Assembly (NCBI GenBank): GCA_046351255.1
Contig: JAXLYU010000009.1
Coordinates: 293,975 to 357,974 of the forward strand
DNA length: 64,000 bases
Direction: 5' to 3'
Origin: Labilithrix sp.
Lineage (GTDB): Bacteria > Myxococcota_A > Polyangia > Polyangiales > Polyangiaceae
The notes beneath the pieces were generated by a model. It had not been told where the DNA came from and made no database searches. It worked only from the letters and a program-made list of their open reading frames with translations. A program made the position numbers and the translations under genes. Below are positions 20,035 to 28,402 of the stretch, in pieces; position 1 is the stretch's first letter, and each line of letters starts with the position of its first letter.

Positions 20035-22002
20035 ATGGTCGCATCGCAGCTCGTGGCGCTCCTCGACTCGGCCGACATCGGCACGTTCTGTGTTTCCCTC
20101 GCGACGGGGGAGACGGTGGTGTCGCAGAAGCTGGTCGAGCATCACGGCGCGCTGCCCGGGCCTGGCACCTACATGGTCCAGGAGGTGCTCGACGCACTGC
20201 CGCTCGAGACTCAGCAGCAGATCATCGGCGGGCTGGCCGGGTGCGCCGAGACCCCGGCGCGGTTCGAGTGCTCGCTCGGCCGGGATGGGCTCGAGCGAAA
20301 CCTCCGTCTCTTCGCGGTCATCGAGCGAGACGACGGCGTGCCGGTCGCGCTCCGCGGCCTCGTCGAGGACGTGACACAGGAGCGGGCGACGGAGCAGATC
20401 CTCGTACGCGCGCGCGCAGAGGCGAGCGCCGCGTCGCACGCGAAGACGCGCTTTCTCGCGAACATGAGCCACGAGATCCGCACCCCGATGAACGCGGTCC
20501 TCGGCATGACGCGCCTGATGCTCGACACGAGCCTGACGGGCGAGCAGCGCGAGTACCTGCGCTCCGTCGAGGTGAGCGGCGAGGCGCTCCTCGGTCTCAT
20601 CAATGGCGTCCTCGACATCTCGAAGATCGAGGCGGGCAAGCTCGTGCTCGACGAAGGCCGCGTGCGCATTCACGATCTCGTGCACGACGTGGCGAGCTCG
20701 CTCGCGATGCGTGCCCACGAGAACGGCGTCGAGGTGATCGTGGACGTCGACGCCTCCGCGGACGTCGAGATCGAGGGCGACGCCAAGCGCCTCCGCCAGG
20801 TCCTCACGAACGTGCTGGGGAACGCCGTGAAGTTCACGGCCGCGGGCACGATCGTGGTGTCGGCGACGATCACGAGCGATCGCGCCAGGGGTGACGAGCT
20901 CGTCCTTGCGGTCGAAGACACCGGCATCGGCATCGCGGAGGATCAGCTCGAGTCGATCTTCACCGCCTTCCACCAGGTCGATCGCGAGGCGACGCGCGAG
21001 TATGGCGGGACGGGCCTCGGGCTCTCGATCTCGCGTGAGCTCGTTCACCTCATGGGCGGCGAGATCTCGGCGCGGAGCGAGGTCGATCGCGGGAGCACCT
21101 TCGAGGTGCGCGTCCCGATCCGGAATCCGCGTCCGGTCGGCCGATCGCTGGACGGCATCGTCCAGCCACGAATCGGCCTCCTCCTCGGCGAGCCCGAGCT
21201 GGCGCGGCGCCTCTCGGCGCGGCTCCAGGCGATGGGGGTCGACGTCACCGTCTTCGCCGATGCGGCCGCGCTCCTCGGCTACTCGCTCCACGAGCACGCC
21301 GAGAAGCTCCACCTCGTCCTCGATCAGGACCTCGGGCGCGGTATTCAAGGCATCGCGGTCGCGCGGCGCCTGGTCGGCTGCCCCAGCTTCGAATGCATTG
21401 CGCTCCTCGCTCGCCTCCCGGCGCACTTCACGAGCGACGAGCTCCAGGCGGCCGGCATCGCGACCCATCTTCGCAAGCCGATCCGGCCCGAGACGATCCT
21501 CGACGTGATCCGGAAGCGTCAGGCGTGCGCCGCACCGGCCGTCGCGCTGCCGGTCGTGTCGCGCCCGACCGCGCTCGTCACCTTGCCGGCGCCGCCGAGC
21601 GGACCGCTCGAGCGCGTGCTCATCGCGGAGGACGATCCGCTCAACGCGCGTCTCGCCTGCGCGCTCGTGCAGAAGCTCGGCTTTGCGCCCATCCTCGTAC
21701 GTGACGGCCGGGCGGCGGTGCAGGCGTCCGCGGCGGAGCCCTTCTTCGCGATCCTCATGGACCTCCAGATGCCAGTCATGAACGGCCTCGCGGCGACCGC
21801 CGAGATAAGGCGCCGGGAGCTCATGACGAATACTCACACGCGGATCTACGCCCTCACGGCGAACGCGATGGCCGAAGATCGCGAGGCCTGCATGGCGGCC
21901 GGAATGGACGGCTTCATCGCCAAGCCGTTCAGCATGCGCGAGCTCGACGATGCGCTCCACTCGGGCGAGAGCAGAGGGGTCGGCGATGCACGCTCTGCCT
22001 GA
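20035..22002 (+). CDS. Hybrid sensor histidine kinase/response regulator
   Basis: H-box is MSHEIRTPMNAVLG. N-box is LTNVLGNAVKFT. G1 is DTGIGI and G2 is GGTGLGLSI. A C-terminal receiver follows (RVLIAEDDPLN..ILMDLQMPVMNG..ALTANA..GMDGFIAKP). Confidence 0.85.
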   Translation: MVASQLVALLDSADIGTFCVSLATGETVVSQKLVEHHGALPGPGTYMVQEVLDALPLETQQQIIGGLAGCAETPARFECSLGRDGLERNLRLFAVIERDDGVPVALRGLVEDVTQERATEQILVRARAEASAASHAKTRFLANMSHEIRTPMNAVLGMTRLMLDTSLTGEQREYLRSVEVSGEALLGLINGVLDISKIEAGKLVLDEGRVRIHDLVHDVASSLAMRAHENGVEVIVDVDASADVEIEGDAKRLRQVLTNVLGNAVKFTAAGTIVVSATITSDRARGDELVLAVEDTGIGIAEDQLESIFTAFHQVDREATREYGGTGLGLSISRELVHLMGGEISARSEVDRGSTFEVRVPIRNPRPVGRSLDGIVQPRIGLLLGEPELARRLSARLQAMGVDVTVFADAAALLGYSLHEHAEKLHLVLDQDLGRGIQGIAVARRLVGCPSFECIALLARLPAHFTSDELQAAGIATHLRKPIRPETILDVIRKRQACAAPAVALPVVSRPTALVTLPAPPSGPLERVLIAEDDPLNARLACALVQKLGFAPILVRDGRAAVQASAAEPFFAILMDLQMPVMNGLAATAEIRRRELMTNTHTRIYALTANAMAEDREACMAAGMDGFIAKPFSMRELDDALHSGESRGVGDARSA

Positions 22003-22390
22003 GCCTCCCCCCGTGAAGCGCGTGCTGGTCGTCGACGACCTCGCGCTCATCCACCGCGTGGCCGCGCGCACCCTCGAAGCGGTCGGGTTTGCCGTCGAGG
22101 GCGTCGAGAGCTCGGACGAGGCGATCAAGCTCCTTCATCGGCAGTCGTTCGATGTCCTGGTGACCGACGTCTACATGCCCGACGGCGACGGCTTCGAGCT
22201 ACTCTCACACGTGCGCGAGCACTTCCCCGAGCTGAAGATCGTCGTCATGTCGGGCCGGTTCAGCATCGACTCGTACGGCACGGCGCTGATGCATTCGCTC
22301 ACGGATCTCGGCGCCCACGCCGTGCTCATGAAGCCGTTCCGGCCAAGCGACCTGCTCGACGCCATCGAACAGGCGATCTCGACGGCGTAG
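21986..22390 (+). CDS. Single-domain response regulator (CheY-like receiver)
   Basis: Receiver signature RVLVVDDLALI..DVLVTDVYMPDGDGFEL..IVVMSG..VLMKPF. Its ATG overlaps the last codons of the hybrid kinase. Confidence 0.75.
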   Translation: MHALPEPPPVKRVLVVDDLALIHRVAARTLEAVGFAVEGVESSDEAIKLLHRQSFDVLVTDVYMPDGDGFELLSHVREHFPELKIVVMSGRFSIDSYGTALMHSLTDLGAHAVLMKPFRPSDLLDAIEQAISTA

Positions 22391-22397
22391 CGCCGGG

Positions 22398-22673
22398 TCA
22401 GTCCGCGGCGGAGCAGAAGCCGATGCAGCTACCGAACGGATCCGCGGTGTTGCAGTGGCTGCCTTTGCCCGCCTTGGACACGCACTCGTCGTCCGTCTTG
22501 CACGAGTACTGGCAGCTCTTGTCCGCGACGCACGACGGCGACAGGCACGTGAGGCCGTCGGAGCAGTCGCCGTCGCTCTGGCAGGAGTCGCCGAGCGTGT
22601 CTCCGCAGCCCCAGGTCGCCGCGATGATCAGCCCCACCGTCATCATCGCCAATGCATGCTTGATGGTCCTCAT
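22398..22673 (-). CDS. Small Cys-rich secreted lipoprotein (91 aa, 12 Cys)
   Basis: Signal peptide plus lipobox (MRTIKHALAMMTVGLIIAATWGC). The mature part is dominated by spaced Cys/Asp/Gly/Ser (CQSDGDCSDGLTCLSPSC..CQYSCKTDDEC..HCN..CIGFC). Confidence 0.5.
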   Translation of the reverse strand: MRTIKHALAMMTVGLIIAATWGCGDTLGDSCQSDGDCSDGLTCLSPSCVADKSCQYSCKTDDECVSKAGKGSHCNTADPFGSCIGFCSAAD

Positions 22674-22814
22674 TTCCCCTCGATCGAATGGTTAAGTGGG
22701 CCGGTGCATCGGCTCAACGAGCATCTGCATCCGTAAAACAAATGACTATGTCCGTCCTCGAACACGGCCTGCGCGCCGAGCTCGGTGGCGTGCGGCTTGC
22801 AACGCGACGGCGCC

Positions 22815-23627
22815 ATGCGAGACGACAAGGTGCGCGAGCTCACGGTCACCGTCGAAGGTCAGCCGGCGCGCGTGTTCGTTGGCGGCGAGGCAGAGCCGCT
22901 CTTGCTGATCCACGGCGGCTGGGGCGGGGCACGCGTTCACTGGGGCGCGATCTGGGAGCGGCTCGCCAGGTCCTTCCGGATCATCGCGCCGGATCTTCCC
23001 GGGATCGGGCGGAGCGATCAGCCGGGGCTCGGCCCCATCGGGGCCTACGCGCGATGGCTGGACGCGCTCCTCGGCGCGCTCGACGTCCCGAGCGCCTGGA
23101 GCGTCGGCAACTCGTTCGGGGCGTCCGTCGCCTGCCGCGTCGCGAGCGACTACCCCGCGCGCTGCCGCGGCCTCGTCCTGGTCAATGGCATCCCGTTGCC
23201 GCGGTCCCCGCGCGCTCTCCGCTGGCTGGGCGAGCGCCGGCTCGGGCAGCGGCTCATCCGCGCCGTTCAGAAGCGGGTCGCGTACAGCCCGTCCGCGCTC
23301 GAGCGAGCGTTCGTTCACTCCGCGAACGTGCCCGTCGAGGTGCGGTCGCTCGTTCGTTCGAAGTCTCCGCCCCAGCTCGACGCCTTCGTCGACATCCTCG
23401 TGCGCGGGGGCTCGCCGCCGCCGCTCGATTTCCATCCGCTGCTCCTGTGGGGCGAGGATGATCGCCTCCCGGGCACGAGCGCTCGCGCCGCCCGAAGGCT
23501 GCAAGCGAAGTGGCCCGGAGCCCGGCTCTCGTTCGTGAGCGGCGCCGGTCACCTGCCCCAGGTCGAGAACCCCGACGCGTTCGTCGCGGCGCTCGCGTCC
23601 TTCGTCGCCGAGCCGCCTCCGAGGTGA
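22815..23627 (+). CDS. Alpha/beta-hydrolase fold protein
   Basis: HGGWGG oxyanion-region motif, nucleophile elbow VGNSFG (GxSxG), and a C-terminal His (SGAGHLPQVE). Confidence 0.7.
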   Translation: MRDDKVRELTVTVEGQPARVFVGGEAEPLLLIHGGWGGARVHWGAIWERLARSFRIIAPDLPGIGRSDQPGLGPIGAYARWLDALLGALDVPSAWSVGNSFGASVACRVASDYPARCRGLVLVNGIPLPRSPRALRWLGERRLGQRLIRAVQKRVAYSPSALERAFVHSANVPVEVRSLVRSKSPPQLDAFVDILVRGGSPPPLDFHPLLLWGEDDRLPGTSARAARRLQAKWPGARLSFVSGAGHLPQVENPDAFVAALASFVAEPPPR

Positions 23628-23697
23628 CGTCGCGCTGCCGCAGCAGAGCGGCACGAGTGAACGTCGAAGAGATCCGCGAGCGCCGCCCGTCTGACGT

Positions 23698-25086
23698 TTA
23701 GGTCGGCGTGTTCCAGCCGCCGACGCCTTCCGTCAGCTTGTCGGCTTCGCTCGGACCCCAGGTGCCCGGCTCGTAATCGAACATCGGGCTCGGGCCATGA
23801 ATGACCGGGTCCACGATCGCCCACGCCGCCTCGACGACGTCCTGTCGCGCGAAAAGCGTGGGGTCGCCGTTCATCGCGTCGCCGAGGAGACGCTCGTAGG
23901 CCTCCATCGGACCGTCTTTCCCGGGGAGCGCGGTGTCGGTCGCGACGAGCTCGACGGGCTCGCCCTTCATCTTCTCCCCGGGCGACTTCTTGCGGGCGCC
24001 GATCGCGATCTGCACGTTCGGGCTGACGCGGAAGCGGACGTAGTTGCCCATGCTCGGCGCCGGCTCGTTGAACACGACCTGCGGCGGGTTGTTGAACTCG
24101 ATCATGACCTCCGTGACCGTCTTCGCGAGCGACTTTCCGGCGCGAACGAAGAACGGAACGCCCTCCCAGCGCCACGAGTCGACCCACATGCGAAGCGCGG
24201 CGTACGTCGCCATGTAAGAGTGAGGGCTCACGCCCGGCTCCTCGCGATACCCGCGGAACTGGCCGCGGATCATGTCATCGGCGCTGAGCGGGCGAATCGT
24301 CTTGAGGACCTTCGCCTGCTCGTCGCGGATCGCCTCCGGGATCGTGCTCGCGGGCGCCTCCATGGCGAGATAGCTCACGACCTGGAGGAGGTGATTTTGA
24401 ATGACGTCGCGGATGACGCCCGTCTCCTCGTAGAACTTCCCGCGCCCGCGCACGCCGAACGACTCGGCGAGCGTGATCTGGACGTTCTCGACGTAATGGC
24501 GATTGAGGATCGGCTCCAGGATCGCATTGGCGAATCGGAAATAGAGGATGTTCTGCACCGCCTCCTTGCCGAGATAATGGTCAATCCGGAAGATCGACTC
24601 CTCGGGGAACGCGTCGCGCAACGTGCCATTGAGCTCGCGGGCCGAGGCGAGATCGCGGCCGAAGGGCTTCTCGATCACGACGCGCGCGTTCTTCGCGAGG
24701 CCGTGCGCCTTCAGCTGGCCGACGACCTGCGGAAATGCGCTCGGCGGGATCGCGAGGTAATGCAGCGGTCGCTCGGCGCCGCCGAGGGCGCTCTTGATCG
24801 CGTCGAAGGTGGCCCCGTCGCCGAAGTCGCCGTCGACGTAGTGGAGCCTCGTCGCCAGCTTCGAGAACGCGGCCTCGTCGATGCCACCGTACTCGGTGAC
24901 GCTCGCACGAGCGCGGTCGACGAGCTTCTCGCGCGTGAACGCGGATTTGCCGACCCCCACCACCGGGACGTCGAGGCGCCCGCGGCCGACGAGGGACTGG
25001 AGGGCGGGGAAGATCTTCTTGTAGGCGAGGTCGCCCGTCGCCCCGAAGAAGACGAGCGCGTCCGAGGCGAGCGGCTTCTGGCTCAT
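23698..25086 (-). CDS. zwf: Glucose-6-phosphate 1-dehydrogenase
   Basis: N-terminal NADP-binding FGATGDLA motif, active-site signature RIDHYLGKE, and a length of 462 aa typical for Zwf. Confidence 0.9.
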   Translation of the reverse strand: MSQKPLASDALVFFGATGDLAYKKIFPALQSLVGRGRLDVPVVGVGKSAFTREKLVDRARASVTEYGGIDEAAFSKLATRLHYVDGDFGDGATFDAIKSALGGAERPLHYLAIPPSAFPQVVGQLKAHGLAKNARVVIEKPFGRDLASARELNGTLRDAFPEESIFRIDHYLGKEAVQNILYFRFANAILEPILNRHYVENVQITLAESFGVRGRGKFYEETGVIRDVIQNHLLQVVSYLAMEAPASTIPEAIRDEQAKVLKTIRPLSADDMIRGQFRGYREEPGVSPHSYMATYAALRMWVDSWRWEGVPFFVRAGKSLAKTVTEVMIEFNNPPQVVFNEPAPSMGNYVRFRVSPNVQIAIGARKKSPGEKMKGEPVELVATDTALPGKDGPMEAYERLLGDAMNGDPTLFARQDVVEAAWAIVDPVIHGPSPMFDYEPGTWGPSEADKLTEGVGGWNTPT

Positions 25087-25194
25087 CCCGGCATCGTACG
25101 CAGTCAGGTGCCCGCTGCGAAGTCGTGACCGTCGGAAAGGTCGGCCAAGACGTCGGCGCGATGCTCTTCGGGTCGAGCCCGAGGCCGCGCCGGG

Positions 25195-25644
25195 TCACTT
25201 CCGCGTGGCGCGCTTGGCCTTCGCCTTCGCCTTGGCCTTGGCCTTCGCCTTCGGCGGGGGCGCGCTCGCGGCCTCGCGCGCCCCCGCGTCGAGCTGCGCG
25301 ATGAGCTTCTTCGGCGCCTGGGCGCGGTAGCTCTCGTCGATCCATTCCTTCAGCATGTCGACGGGCACCGCCTCGTTGGGGCCGAACGAGGCGCTCACCC
25401 AGCCGCTCTTCCCGAGGCCGTACTCGGTGGGCTTGGTGAACGGGAGGCCGAGGGCGGCCGCGCTCGACTGCGGAAGCTTGCAGGAGATGCCGAAGGGCTC
25501 GCCCTCGATGCTCAGGTACGCGAAGGTCTTGTCCTTCACCGCGAGGTCCTTGTGACCCGGCCACGGGCTCTTCAGGTGAGCGCCGGGGTAGGTGAGGCCA
25601 AACGCGCGAAGCTCCTGGATCGCGGCATCGGTCTTGGTCTTCAT
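25195..25644 (-). CDS. YjbR/MmcQ-family (predicted DNA-binding) protein with a (KA)n C-terminal tail
   Basis: The N-terminus MKTKTDAAIQELRAFGLTYPGAHLKSPWPGHKDLAVKDKTFAY is characteristic of the YjbR/MmcQ family. The C-terminus is PPPKAKAKAKAKAKAKRATRK. Confidence 0.65.
   Translation of the reverse strand: MKTKTDAAIQELRAFGLTYPGAHLKSPWPGHKDLAVKDKTFAYLSIEGEPFGISCKLPQSSAAALGLPFTKPTEYGLGKSGWVSASFGPNEAVPVDMLKEWIDESYRAQAPKKLIAQLDAGAREAASAPPPKAKAKAKAKAKAKRATRK
25214..25254. repeat. Hexanucleotide tandem repeat (GCCTTS)x7 encoding the (KA)n tail of the YjbR-family protein
   Basis: cttggccttcgccttcgccttggccttggccttcgccttcgg seen directly. Confidence 0.7.
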
Positions 25645-25687
25645 GGGTAGAGCGTACCTTCCTTCTCGACCTCTCATCGGGCTGCGA

Positions 25688-26764
25688 TCACGGGTCGATC
25701 GTGCGGCAGCACCGAAATCCGAGGTGATAGTTCGTGTGGATCGCCTGATCGATCGGCTCGACGTGCCAGCGCGGGTCGAAGTTGCAGTGATCGGGGTAGG
25801 CCGCGTCCTTCATCATCGTCGTCGGGAGAGGAGGCTGCCCCGGCTCCTTCGCCAGCTCGACGTAGAACCACGCGCTGCCCTTCAGCTGGGTCACGGTCTG
25901 CGTGCCCTCCTTGCGGGTCATCACCTCCGCGACGTTGCCATGCTGATCGAAGACACCGAAGCGCGATCGACAGCGCGGGAAGGCGCCGCTCGGCTCCGTG
26001 TCCGTCGAGCACGTGCCCCACGCGGTCGCGGGGCCGCGTGGATCGCAGGCCGTTCGATGAGCGAGGTGCGTGTTGCAGGCGTCGAGATCGAGCTTGTCGC
26101 CGTACGCGTAGCGCCGGTCCGCGCCGCCGTCCGGGTCGCCGCGGCAGGCGAGGTTCCATTCGACGTCGGAGCAGAGGCGCTTGCCCTGCAGCTCGCACAC
26201 CTTCTTCGCGGCCGGAGGCGGGGTCCACACCATCGGGAGCTCGCAGGCCCGGTTCGGGAACTCGAACACGTCGATACAGTAGGCCGGCGCCTGTCCGTTC
26301 TTCCATACCGGCACCATGTTCTCGAGCCCGCCGCACTTCGCGCGCTGCTCCGGCGTCTGCACGACGATCCCGCTCGCGCGGAGCGCCTCGAGGCAGGTCG
26401 CGCGATCGATGAGGTGACGCGCGATCGCCCGGTTGCCCTGGTTCATCCGCGTCGGCCCCTCGGTCCCGAACGTGCGCGCGAGAAAGGTCGTCGCGTCGGC
26501 GGCGTCCGGGCTCTGGATCGCGAAGAGCGAGAGCAGCCCTTCGCGCGTGGACTGGTGCAGCTCCGCGGGCGCGGCTGGCGCCATGACGACGGCCTCCGCG
26601 TCGGGCGGCGTGCCCGCGTCGGCGACGACCTGGATCACGGCGGCGTCCGGCGACGGGAGGTTCGCGTCGGGGGTCGGCGTCCGCGCGACGTGGCTCGGCG
26701 ACTCCGGTCCATGACACGCCGCGAAGAGCCCGACGGCGCCGAGGAGCGGATGGAGCGGCTTCAT
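25688..26764 (-). CDS. Formylglycine-generating-enzyme (FGE/SUMF1)-family lipoprotein
   Basis: Signal peptide plus lipobox (MKPLHPLLGAVGLFAACHG). C-terminal FGE-sulfatase-type motifs: FGVFDQHGNVAEV, GSAWFY, NYHLGFRC. Confidence 0.75.
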   Translation of the reverse strand: MKPLHPLLGAVGLFAACHGPESPSHVARTPTPDANLPSPDAAVIQVVADAGTPPDAEAVVMAPAAPAELHQSTREGLLSLFAIQSPDAADATTFLARTFGTEGPTRMNQGNRAIARHLIDRATCLEALRASGIVVQTPEQRAKCGGLENMVPVWKNGQAPAYCIDVFEFPNRACELPMVWTPPPAAKKVCELQGKRLCSDVEWNLACRGDPDGGADRRYAYGDKLDLDACNTHLAHRTACDPRGPATAWGTCSTDTEPSGAFPRCRSRFGVFDQHGNVAEVMTRKEGTQTVTQLKGSAWFYVELAKEPGQPPLPTTMMKDAAYPDHCNFDPRWHVEPIDQAIHTNYHLGFRCCRTIDP

Positions 26765-26923
26765 GTCGAGATCGCGGGGCGACGGGATCGATGGTACGCG
26801 GGGCGTGCCGCGCTGGCAGAACACCTCGGGCCCCGCGAGATCCACCCAGGTCCGCGAGGCGCCGGCGATTCCAGCGTGTATGGCGCGGTCCTACACGGGC
26901 ACGCGTCGTGCAGGACCGGGGGT

Positions 26924-27724
26924 GTGCGCCTTCGCCTCGCCCTCGGTGTGAGCCTCCTTTTGATCGCCTGCACGAGCGCGAAGGGCGGGGAAGGTACCTC
27001 CGAGGACGAGGTCGCCGGGCATCGCTACGTCGATGTGAGCGCCGCTGCCCCGATGACCGGCGTGGCGCGCCAGAAGATGCTGCGCGCACTCGCGAGGCTC
27101 GACCGGGTTCTGCACGAGGCGCAGAGCCCGCTCCGCCGCGATCTCGCGACGGAGGTCCTCGCGCGCATCCAGAGCGGTGACGTGCTCCTCGGGTCGATCG
27201 AAGCCTCGCGCGGCATCGATCGCTGGCACATGTGCAAGGACTACGGCATGCCGGCGTGCGAGGGCGCCCCACCCGCGAGCGATGACCGCACGTGGCTCGG
27301 CGACGACGCGCTGGCGGAGAAGCTCCGCACCGACCTCGCCGGCTATCAGTGGGGCAACCGCATCTACTTCACGCTCGGCGAGGACACGGACGTGAACGAG
27401 CTCGCGGCCACGCTCGTCCACGAGACGGTGCACGTCGCGCATCGCTCCGAGTGCAACTACTACACGGTCATCGATCGGCACGTCGTCGAGCCCGATCCGG
27501 CGTACGTGGAGGAGTACCGCTCGTTCCTCGCCGAGTGCTACTTCGCCGACGACGCCGCGAACGTCGATACGTGCACCGCCTACGCGAAGGGCCGCACCGA
27601 CGAGTACGGGTATGCGGCGCAGGTCCAGGGCCGCGCCGCGCTGACGGAGGAGCTCCTCGCGAAGGACATCGTCCCGCGGAAAAATGGCTGGCCGTCGGCG
27701 TTCGGCGCGTGCTCGCCCCGATGA
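26924..27724 (+). CDS. Lipoprotein with an HExxH motif (putative zinc-metallopeptidase-like)
   Basis: The GTG start is followed by a signal peptide and lipobox (VRLRLALGVSLLLIACTS). HETVHVAH contains HExxH. It is divergent from the FGE-family gene. Confidence 0.5.
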   Translation: MRLRLALGVSLLLIACTSAKGGEGTSEDEVAGHRYVDVSAAAPMTGVARQKMLRALARLDRVLHEAQSPLRRDLATEVLARIQSGDVLLGSIEASRGIDRWHMCKDYGMPACEGAPPASDDRTWLGDDALAEKLRTDLAGYQWGNRIYFTLGEDTDVNELAATLVHETVHVAHRSECNYYTVIDRHVVEPDPAYVEEYRSFLAECYFADDAANVDTCTAYAKGRTDEYGYAAQVQGRAALTEELLAKDIVPRKNGWPSAFGACSPR

Positions 27725-27797
27725 GCGTCGCGCTGGCGCTTGCTTGCCCTCGAAGTTCCTCTACGGTTTAACCGCGTTGAGCCCGCGTTCCATCCGT

Positions 27798-28400
27798 ATG
27801 CCGCTCCTGGCGATGCAGGTCGCGACCGTCGCGACGCTGATGCGAAGCGTCGCGCTCGACCGGTGGATCACGGTCGCCGCCTGTCTCGTGCTCCTCGCCG
27901 CCTCGGCCGCCGGCTCGCGCGGACGGACGTGGGGCGTCGCGCTCGCGTTTCCGCTCGGCGTGACGTTCCTCGGGATCTGTGCGCTCGGGATCGCGCCGCC
28001 GTGGTTCGCACTGCTCGGCCTGCTCGCGATCCGGCCTTTCATGCGGATGTGGCGTCACTTCTTCGCCTTCGACCGCGGCGCCACCGTGCTCCTCACGTCG
28101 GCCGCGACCGCGCTCGGCGCCGCCGGCGCCGTCGCGTGGAAGACCTACGCCCACGCGCTCTTTCAGGCGGTGCCGGCGCTCGTCCCCAGCATCTATCCGC
28201 ATCACGGCGTCCTCGTCCTCGCCATCGGCGCGCTTGCCTCCGTGGCGGGTCTGCTGCAAGGCCGGGCCGAGGAGCGAGCGGATGCGGCCCAGCCCGCCGC
28301 CGCTCGCGTGCGCATCGCGGATCCTGTCGCGGAGCCTTCCTACGAAGAGCTCGAGGAGGCCGAGGTCGAGCACGAGACGCCCGCCAAGATGTCGCGCTGA
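27798..28400 (+). CDS. Integral membrane protein (about 200 aa, 5-6 predicted TM helices)
   Basis: Successive hydrophobic stretches (LVLLAASAAG, VALAFPLGVTFLGICALGIAPPWFALLGLLAI, VLLTSAATALGAAGAVAW, VLVLAIGALASVAGLL). The C-terminus is acidic. Confidence 0.45.
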   Translation: MPLLAMQVATVATLMRSVALDRWITVAACLVLLAASAAGSRGRTWGVALAFPLGVTFLGICALGIAPPWFALLGLLAIRPFMRMWRHFFAFDRGATVLLTSAATALGAAGAVAWKTYAHALFQAVPALVPSIYPHHGVLVLAIGALASVAGLLQGRAEERADAAQPAAARVRIADPVAEPSYEELEEAEVEHETPAKMSR

Positions 28401-28402
28401 CC

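Noticed and set aside
22455-22736. Plus-strand 93-aa ORF overlapping the Cys-rich lipoprotein gene
   Set aside because: The minus-strand product has a canonical signal peptide, lipobox and ordered Cys spacing. The plus-strand ORF is Arg/Ala-rich without features.
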